Source: Deltaproteobacteria bacterium (lineage in GTDB: Bacteria; Myxococcota_A; UBA9160; SMWR01). Taken from it: a DNA stretch of 36,461 bases. Position numbers and translations under genes: made by a program. Below, piece by piece: positions 28,129 through 36,461 of this stretch. Every line of letters starts with the position of its first letter. The stretch's first letter is position 1. Below the pieces are notes generated by a model. That model made no database searches and was not told where the DNA came from. It saw only the letters and a list, made by a program, of their open reading frames with translations. The stretch lies in NCBI GenBank assembly GCA_032128375.1, contig JAQBGU010000090.1:1-36461 (forward strand), read 5' to 3'.

Positions 28129-29715
28129 TCATCGGTCTTTATCGGCGCCCGCCGCGCCTAATGCGCGGTTTCCCAGGCTCCCCAACTCCTGTTCGTAAAT
28201 CGCCCCAACCTGACCGATTTCATCATCAGTCAGGGCCCTGAATTCGCGCTCCCGCGCACGTGCGGACAGTTTTCCATCGTTCTGCCGGAGAAACCGGAAG
28301 AGCAGATCGATGGTCGCCGTTGGCATATCAGCTATCTCCTGGACTCTCGCGCCGAAGCGGTCATACGCTTCCAGGAACCGCGTCTCCTCAGGAAGGTCCC
28401 GCTCTAGTGTCTCGCGGACACAGTGGAAGAGAAACTCGGCATGGGATGTCGCATCGAAGTATCGATACAAGTCGGCAGTGTCGTTCACGACGTGCACGTT
28501 TCCGGAATTCGTCGGTTCCCACTCGATAAGCGGAAGAACTGCCCGTGAATGCGTCTCCAACACCCGCCGGTAACGGTCAATCTCCCTCAGCATCACGGCA
28601 CTCACCGGAAAGACGATTCCGCGCGGACTAAATCCCCGCTCGGCCAGTACGTGGTGGATCAGATACCGGTGGAGCCGGCCGTTGCCGTCCTCGAACGGAT
28701 GGATGTACACGAAGCCGAACGCCAGACACGCTGCCGCAACAATAGGATCGAGCCCTTGCTCGCCCTTCCCATCGAACTCCACGAGACCGCCCATGAGACC
28801 GCCCAGGTCTTCGGGACGCGCAGAGATGTGCTCTGGGAGCGGCGTTCCTGTCTCGCGGTCCCGCTCGCCGACAAACCCACAGTCCCGCCGGAGGCCCAGT
28901 TGCACGAACCGGCTGTCGCCGATCAAGAGACGCTGCAGGCGCAGGAATTCATCGACGCTGATCGGGTTTCGCCCGGCTTGGCCAATCGCCTGGCCCCATC
29001 GCTGAATCCGCGCATGGGAAACCCGTTCGCCTTCGATCGCGAAACTTGACCGCGAGTCCGAGAGCAACAAGAAGGCCGCCGCTCTCGCGAGAACATCCGC
29101 CGGTACACGTGCCGTCACTTGACGTGCTCGCGCAGCGAGATCTTCCCCAAGGCCTTTCTCGAGTAATTCCGTCCGGAACACAAGCGGGCAGAACTCCGAG
29201 CCTCCCGGCAGGTTGTTTCTCACCCGATGCCGCGTCGACTGTCTCCCCTTCCCTGCAAACTGCAGCTTCGCATCGACGATATCCACATAGCGGCCCACCT
29301 CGGCATCCGGAAGCTCCAGCCTTCCGCCCACCAGCCATTCATAGAGGAACCAGATCCGCCGGGCGTAACTGCCGGTCGGCTGTGACTGGACAATCGCGAC
29401 AATCGCATCGGGGCCAAGTTTGAGGAACAGACGCTTCAGAACCGTGAGGTCAAGGCCCTCCCACTTCAATGCGAAGGTCAGGTGACCTGAAAGTGTGTCT
29501 TCAGGCGCATGACGTGGGGTTAGCAGGCGCCACCCGTCTGCCGACACGATTCTGTGGCGCTTCCCGATCGCGTGGAGTCGATGAGGCAGCGGCGCCTCGA
29601 GCCCATGGGTTTCGATCAGCGCCGCATAGCCGGCCAGGCGCCCGGCCTCCGGCAACGGCCGCCCGTGAAATTCGGTTACAGGTTCTGAAGATTGAGTTTC
29701 CAGCATTTCTTCCAT
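28129..29715 (-). CDS. Fic family protein (long form; start uncertain, 29715 or 29706)
   Basis: HPFEDGNGRLHR matches the Fic catalytic motif HPFxxGNGRxxR; SRSSFAIEGE resembles the (S/T)xxxE(G/N) inhibitory helix motif. Confidence 0.93.
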   Translation of the reverse strand: MEEMLETQSSEPVTEFHGRPLPEAGRLAGYAALIETHGLEAPLPHRLHAIGKRHRIVSADGWRLLTPRHAPEDTLSGHLTFALKWEGLDLTVLKRLFLKLGPDAIVAIVQSQPTGSYARRIWFLYEWLVGGRLELPDAEVGRYVDIVDAKLQFAGKGRQSTRHRVRNNLPGGSEFCPLVFRTELLEKGLGEDLAARARQVTARVPADVLARAAAFLLLSDSRSSFAIEGERVSHARIQRWGQAIGQAGRNPISVDEFLRLQRLLIGDSRFVQLGLRRDCGFVGERDRETGTPLPEHISARPEDLGGLMGGLVEFDGKGEQGLDPIVAAACLAFGFVYIHPFEDGNGRLHRYLIHHVLAERGFSPRGIVFPVSAVMLREIDRYRRVLETHSRAVLPLIEWEPTNSGNVHVVNDTADLYRYFDATSHAEFLFHCVRETLERDLPEETRFLEAYDRFGARVQEIADMPTATIDLLFRFLRQNDGKLSARAREREFRALTDDEIGQVGAIYEQELGSLGNRALGAAGADKDR

Positions 29716-29770
29716 GAAAAACAGTTCTAGGCTATGAAAAGTGATTCTTAAGACGAAAATTCCATGAAAA
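29710..29770. promoter_or_regulatory. Phased direct repeats over the fic start/promoter
   Basis: TTCCATGAAAA at 29710-29720 and 29760-29770, ATGAAAA at 29734-29740, ACGAAAA at 29753-29759. Confidence 0.45.
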
Positions 29771-30103
29771 TCATTATTGGACTTCCCAGGGGGATTGTCA
29801 AGCAAACCACGGCTGGGGAGTTATTGATCCTTGCCATTGACGCCTGCGACGCGGTACACCCAGCTTCCAATGGGTGGGGAGACAGTCCGGCCGCGGGATC
29901 ACCGTTCTCACGGGCGCCAGGCAGCCCCTGGGAACGCCACAGGCGCCCACCCGGTCAGGCTGGTTCCGGCCCGCGGACAAAAAGCCTCCTCAAGCAGCGC
30001 CCCGGCGAGCAACGGGCACTGCCGTACCGGAGTAGCAGCAATGACCGGTCTTAACCTACCGGTTTTACGCCAGTTTAAGAGGAGATCTGAAAATCAGAAC
30101 ACA

Positions 30104-30141
30104 GTCGCTTCTACGGGGTAGAATGCCCCACGAGGAGCGAC
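30104..30141. other. Stable hairpin near the right island end
   Basis: GTCGCTTCT/AGGAGCGAC outer stem, GGGGT/GCCCC inner stem; 3' arm contains GAGGAG and is followed directly by ATG at 30142. Confidence 0.4.
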
Positions 30142-30228
30142 ATGCAGGCGACTTTCCCGAAAAACACGACGGCGGTAGGTCATGCGCAATCGAAACGTCA
30201 CCCTCGAACTCATGCACACATTCCAGGC

Positions 30229-30249
30229 TTGTGTGTCCCGTGTGTGTCC
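30229..30249. repeat. Right internal arm-like repeat TTGTGTGTCCCGTGTGTGTCC
   Basis: Identical to 25817-25837; ends 36 bp left of the right att repeat. Confidence 0.85.
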
Positions 30250-30291
30250 GGGCCTTTTTCGCAGTCTCCAACTATCTAAAAACATTGGTGA

Positions 30292-30368
30292 TGGCGGGGC
30301 GGACGGGACTCGAACCCGCAACTTCCGGCGTGACAGGCCGGTGCTCTAACCAATTGAACTACCGCCCC
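30292..30368 (-). tRNA. tRNA-Asp (GTC)
   Basis: 77 nt; acceptor stem GGGGCGG/CCGCCCC, anticodon loop CTGTCAC, GGTTCGAGTCC T-arm, encoded CCA. Confidence 0.98.
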
Positions 30369-30457
30369 CTAAGGGAGTACTTCGATTAGCCAATCTTTCG
30401 GCTGGGTGCAAAAGATATCGGAACTTGGTGCGATCGATCGGGAAACAGATTGAAACT

Positions 30458-30533
30458 TGGTGGGCGCGGACGGGCTCGAACCGCCGACATCCTCGGTGTA
30501 AACGAGGCGCTCTTCCAACTGAGCTACGCACCC
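30458..30533 (-). tRNA. tRNA-Val (TAC)
   Basis: 76 nt; acceptor stem GGGTGCG/CGCGCCC, anticodon loop TTTACAC, GGTTCGAGCC T-arm, encoded CCA. Confidence 0.98.
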
Positions 30534-30546
30534 CGAAATTGACGCT

Positions 30547-33030
<2,484 letters not shown>

Positions 33031-33103
33031 TTTCGATCCGTTCTCCGTCGTGTGAGCGCGCTGATCGCGTTCACCTCTTGCGGCGATGCGCCTTGGCGCG
33101 TAG

Positions 33104-34351
33104 CTAGGCGGATTCCGCCTCCCGCTTCAACACCATCAGGGGTTTGCTTCCTTGTTCGATGACTTCTTCGCTGATGACGCACTCTTCTACGTCATCACGG
33201 GAGGGAATCTCGTACATCAAATCGAGCATCACTGATTCAAGAATGGAGCGCAGACCACGCGCACCGGATTTTCGCTTCAGCGCCTGGCGGGCGACAGCGC
33301 TCAGCGCACCATCAGAAAACCGCAGCCGCACGTCTTCGAATTCGAACAGCTTCTGGTACTGCTTGACCAGCGCGTTTTTGGGTTCTGTGAGGATATCGAT
33401 CAGCGCTTCCTCGTTGAGTTCGTTCAGCGTGGCGATCACCGGTAGTCGGCCGACAAATTCCGGAATCAGCCCGAAGTGGAGCAGATCCTCTGCTTGGACT
33501 TCGCTCAGCACCAAACCCAACCTGCGATCAGCATGACTACGGATATCGGCCCCAAAGCCCATTCCCTTCACACCAATGCGCCGCTGGATGATGTCTTCTA
33601 GCCCAACGAACGCACCACCGCAGATGAACAGAATGTTCGACGTGTCGATCTGAAGGAATTCCTGTTGGGGGTGTTTCCGCCCCCCTTTGGGGGGAACACT
33701 GGCCATCGTCCCCTCGATAATCTTCAGCAGCGCCTGCTGGACGCCTTCACCCGACACATCTCGGGTAATCGACGGGTTCTCGCTCTTGCGTGCGATCTTG
33801 TCGATCTCGTCGATGTAGATAATCCCGCGTTGAGCGCGCTCGACGTCGTAGTTGGCTGCCTGAAGCAGATTCAAGATGATGTTCTCGACATCCTCGCCGA
33901 CATACCCCGCTTCGGTCAGCGTCGTGGCGTCGGCAATTGTGAACGGGACGTCCAGAATTCTTGCGAGCGTCTGAGCCAGCAGCGTTTTGCCGCAACCGGT
34001 GGGCCCCAGAAGCAAGATGTTGGCCTTCTGGAGTTCGACATCACCGGCAAAGGTCTGGCTCTCGACCCGACGAAAGTGGTTGTGTACGGCTACCGCCAGT
34101 ACCCTCTTTGCATTCTCCTGGCCGATCACGTAATCGTCGAGGGCTTCCTTGATTTCGATGGGCTTCGGAACCAGCGAGGTGGTCGTGGCCTGCTCTTCTT
34201 GGCTGTACTCCTCAGCGATGATGTCGTTGCACAGCTCGATACACTCGTCGCAAATATAAACCGTGGGTCCCGCGATCAGTTTCTTGACTTCGCGCTGACT
34301 CTTCCCACAAAAAGAACAGGACAGGTTCGCATCGTCATCCCGCTTCTTCAT
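33104..34351 (-). CDS. clpX: ATP-dependent Clp protease ATP-binding subunit ClpX
   Basis: CSFCGK...ICDECI zinc finger, [36 protein letters not shown]. Confidence 0.99.
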   Translation of the reverse strand: MKKRDDDANLSCSFCGKSQREVKKLIAGPTVYICDECIELCNDIIAEEYSQEEQATTTSLVPKPIEIKEALDDYVIGQENAKRVLAVAVHNHFRRVESQTFAGDVELQKANILLLGPTGCGKTLLAQTLARILDVPFTIADATTLTEAGYVGEDVENIILNLLQAANYDVERAQRGIIYIDEIDKIARKSENPSITRDVSGEGVQQALLKIIEGTMASVPPKGGRKHPQQEFLQIDTSNILFICGGAFVGLEDIIQRRIGVKGMGFGADIRSHADRRLGLVLSEVQAEDLLHFGLIPEFVGRLPVIATLNELNEEALIDILTEPKNALVKQYQKLFEFEDVRLRFSDGALSAVARQALKRKSGARGLRSILESVMLDLMYEIPSRDDVEECVISEEVIEQGSKPLMVLKREAESA

Positions 34352-35061
34352 TTCGAACCTCCAGCTTTGCCCTTGCCTCTATTTTTGACTTTCGAACCAC
34401 CCAGGTGGCTTCCGTTTCCCGAGTTCGCGCCGCTCGAATCAGCTTCACTGATATGGGCTGTTTCGTTGTCTGTAGCGTTGCCAGTTCGAATGTGGACCAC
34501 GCTATCGACGACCCCGTAATCCTTCGCTTCGTCCGCTGACATATAGTAATCGCGTTCGGTGTCCTGCGCGATTTCTTCCACCGAGCGCCCTGTATGAGAC
34601 GCGAGTATCTCGTTCATCCTGATGCGAAGTTTCACGATTTCGCGCGCATGGATGTCGATATCTGTTGCTTGTCCCTGAACGCCACCCATCGGTTGATGCA
34701 ACATCACGCGCGAGTTGGGCAGAGCCTGACGCTTCCCCTCAGCGCCGGCAGCGAGCAACCATGCGGCCATCGAAGCCGCCTGCCCCATGCACAGTGTCGA
34801 GACCTCGGGTCGGACGTATTGCATCGTGTCGTAGATCGCGAGCCCGGCGGTAACCGACCCACCGGGCGAATTGAGATAGAGGTGAATTCCCTTTTCAGGA
34901 TCTTCGGCTTCGAGAAACAGCATTTGCGCGACGACGACATTGGCAACGTCGTCATTGATCGCGGTGCCCAGGAAAACGATGCGATCGCGTAGCAACCGGG
35001 AGTAGATGTCGAAACCACGCTCTCCGCGCGCGTTCTGCTCGATCACATAGGGAATCAACAC
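34348..35061 (-). CDS. clpP: ATP-dependent Clp protease proteolytic subunit ClpP, with C-terminal extension
   Basis: [33 protein letters not shown] (Ser), MLHQP (His), DTERD (Asp); GTG start with GGAG upstream; stop overlaps the clpX ATG. Confidence 0.97.
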   Translation of the reverse strand: MLIPYVIEQNARGERGFDIYSRLLRDRIVFLGTAINDDVANVVVAQMLFLEAEDPEKGIHLYLNSPGGSVTAGLAIYDTMQYVRPEVSTLCMGQAASMAAWLLAAGAEGKRQALPNSRVMLHQPMGGVQGQATDIDIHAREIVKLRIRMNEILASHTGRSVEEIAQDTERDYYMSADEAKDYGVVDSVVHIRTGNATDNETAHISEADSSGANSGNGSHLGGSKVKNRGKGKAGGSK

Positions 35062-35348
35062 TTCGCGCTCCGTGACTCTTAGGGTCGGGTAGCAGTTGCA
35101 ATGATCCGTCGCATCGAGGGTACAGGACCTCCCCGATCGAGCGCCCACATGCGCAGCGGTTTCATTGTGCAATCCCCCGTTATCGAGGCCGAATTCCCGC
35201 CCCCGTTGGGACGGGCGATGGGCTTATTGTGGCGCTGGCTGCGGCACCGACGGAACAGGGGGGTCGGTCGGTGCCTGCGGTGATCTGGCAATGTCCTCTA
35301 TCATCAGAACCATCAGAACCGTTAGCACCGAACCCTGGTCAGCGCAGC

Positions 35349-35373
35349 AAAAACAGTCTAAGTGACTGTTTTT
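35349..35373 (-). terminator. Hairpin with A/T tracts at the tig stop codon (intrinsic terminator-like)
   Basis: AAAAACAGTC-TAAGT-GACTGTTTTT. Confidence 0.55.
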
Positions 35374-35882
35374 TATTCTATTTCAGCTTTGGATCCGAGG
35401 AAATCCAGCACCTTGTCCTCGCGAATTTGGGCTTGGATACTCGCCATCAAGCGTTCATCGCTGCGCAGCCGCTCGAGCCTCCCTTCGCTCCTGTCGCCCT
35501 CGCCGATCAGCTCGTCGAGACGCGCAGCGACCTCATCGGGCTCGACTTGGATCGATTGCGCGTCTGCGACGGCGTCGAGCACGATCAACTCTCGGACCTC
35601 ACGCTCGGCCTGCGGTCGCCAATCCTCACGCCAGCGGTCGAGTTGCGCGTGAATCGCATCGTGGTCGAGTTGCCCTTCCAGGCGGCGATGCGCCTCGGAT
35701 AGTTGCCCCTCGAGCTGCCGCTCGACCATCCCAAGTGGTACCTCGAACTCGGTTCGCTCCAGCAGGCCATCGAGCAGGGTCTTGCGGAAAGTCTGTTTGG
35801 ATTCGCGCTCGGCCCCACGCTCGAGATCGCTGCGAATCCTCGCGCGCAATGCGTCGAGCGACTCGAACTCGCCCATGTCCTG
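35373..35882 (-). CDS. tig: Trigger factor, C-terminal part only (5' part absent at the junction)
   Basis: QDMGEFESLDALRARIRSDL...LLDGLLERTEFEVPLGMVERQ...AEREVRELIVLDAVADAQSIQV...IREDKVLDFL; canonical tig-clpP-clpX-lon order; similarity stops abruptly at about 35882. Confidence 0.9.
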   Translation of the reverse strand, partial: QDMGEFESLDALRARIRSDLERGAERESKQTFRKTLLDGLLERTEFEVPLGMVERQLEGQLSEAHRRLEGQLDHDAIHAQLDRWREDWRPQAEREVRELIVLDAVADAQSIQVEPDEVAARLDELIGEGDRSEGRLERLRSDERLMASIQAQIREDKVLDFLGSKAEIE

Positions 35883-36461
35883 GACATGCGGGCGGTGCTG
35901 GACAAGATCGCCGAGTCGCTGGAGGGCGACATCACCATCGAGCCGGCCTGGCTCAGCGAACACGTCGACGTCCTGCCCGAGGACCGGGTGCGGATCGATC
36001 CCGTGGTGTGGGCGCAACTGGCGGGTTGCGTGGAGCGCCGCGAGACGATCCGGGCGACGTACCAGACTTTCGACGGGCGCGTCTCCGAGTACGAACTCAA
36101 CCCGTACCACCTGCTCGCCTACCACGGGAACTGGTATGCGCTGGCGCGAAACACGGCCAAGGCCCGGGTCGAGACCTTCGCCCTGTCGCGGTTCAGGCGA
36201 ATCGAGGCGATGGGGCAGGCTTTCACGCGCCCGGCCGGCTTCAGCCCCGAGACGTACGCCCGGCAGGCATTCGGTATCGTCGGCGGCGAGGCGCCAATCA
36301 AGGTTCGGTTGCTATTCGAGCCGAAACTGGCCGTCTACATCACCGAGCGGCAGTGGCACACATCCCAGGAGTTCCGTCCGCGACCCGACGGGCGGGTCGA
36401 AATGCGGCTAGAAACCACGGGACGTAAGGAACTGGTGCGCTGGGTCCTGTCGTGGATGCCG
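35880..36461 (+). CDS. WYL domain transcriptional regulator (WYL + WCX), partial at both ends, N-terminal HTH absent; not in the supplied ORF track
   Basis: Manual translation LDMRAVLDKIAESL...IRATYQTFDGRVSEYELNPYHLLAYHGNWYALAR...ETFALSRFRRIE...AFGIVGG...VRLLFEP...ITERQWHTSQ...ELVRWVLSWMP; open to the window end. Confidence 0.88.
   Translation, partial: MDMRAVLDKIAESLEGDITIEPAWLSEHVDVLPEDRVRIDPVVWAQLAGCVERRETIRATYQTFDGRVSEYELNPYHLLAYHGNWYALARNTAKARVETFALSRFRRIEAMGQAFTRPAGFSPETYARQAFGIVGGEAPIKVRLLFEPKLAVYITERQWHTSQEFRPRPDGRVEMRLETTGRKELVRWVLSWMP

Larger units (their letters stand above)
25734..30319. mobile_element. Genomic island integrated at the tRNA-Asp 3' end; no integrase recognisable (non-autonomous or decayed)
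   Basis: 34-bp direct repeats, internal 21-bp repeats near both ends, defence/toxin-type cargo, AT-richer internal intergenic tracts. Confidence 0.88.

Noticed and set aside
35301..35330. Short tandem CATCAGAAC repeat between tig and clpP
   Set aside because: Only two exact copies plus a degenerate third; too short to interpret
35883..36125. N-terminal 80 aa of the 250-aa ORF as part of trigger factor
   Set aside because: It is the antisense reading of the WYL gene and has no trigger factor features

Overview
GC-rich bacterial chromosomal window. Gene content suggests a Deltaproteobacteria/Myxococcota-like host, but this is inference only. The left part is housekeeping (secA, M23 peptidase, FHA protein, recN, nadK, rarA). 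The middle (about 8.8-25.6 kb) is accessory and envelope-focused: a REC-GGDEF protein, an esterase, two tandem PEP-CTERM proteins, a beta-barrel plus AsmA-like pair, an Rdx protein, a DUF3300/DUF2950 pair, a FadL-type porin, an MBOAT plus SGNH-like pair, and two frameshifted pseudogenes. The right part is tig-clpP-clpX-lon-tRNA-Val-tRNA-Asp. The most notable structure is a 4.6-kb island at the 3' end of tRNA-Asp(GTC) with no recognisable integrase. It is bounded by exact 34-bp direct repeats and has identical 21-bp arm-like repeats inside both ends. It carries an apparently chimeric abortive-infection-N-terminal/Mrr-type nuclease gene (frameshifted), a perfect DnaA box with an AT-rich tract, and a long Fic protein. 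A different arm-like doublet at nearly the same spacing just outside the left att suggests a second, older element stacked at the same tRNA. At the right end, tig is cut at a 15-bp palindrome and joined back-to-back to a 5'-truncated WYL gene, probably a chimeric or rearranged junction. All family assignments come from motif recognition and recall, not database searches.
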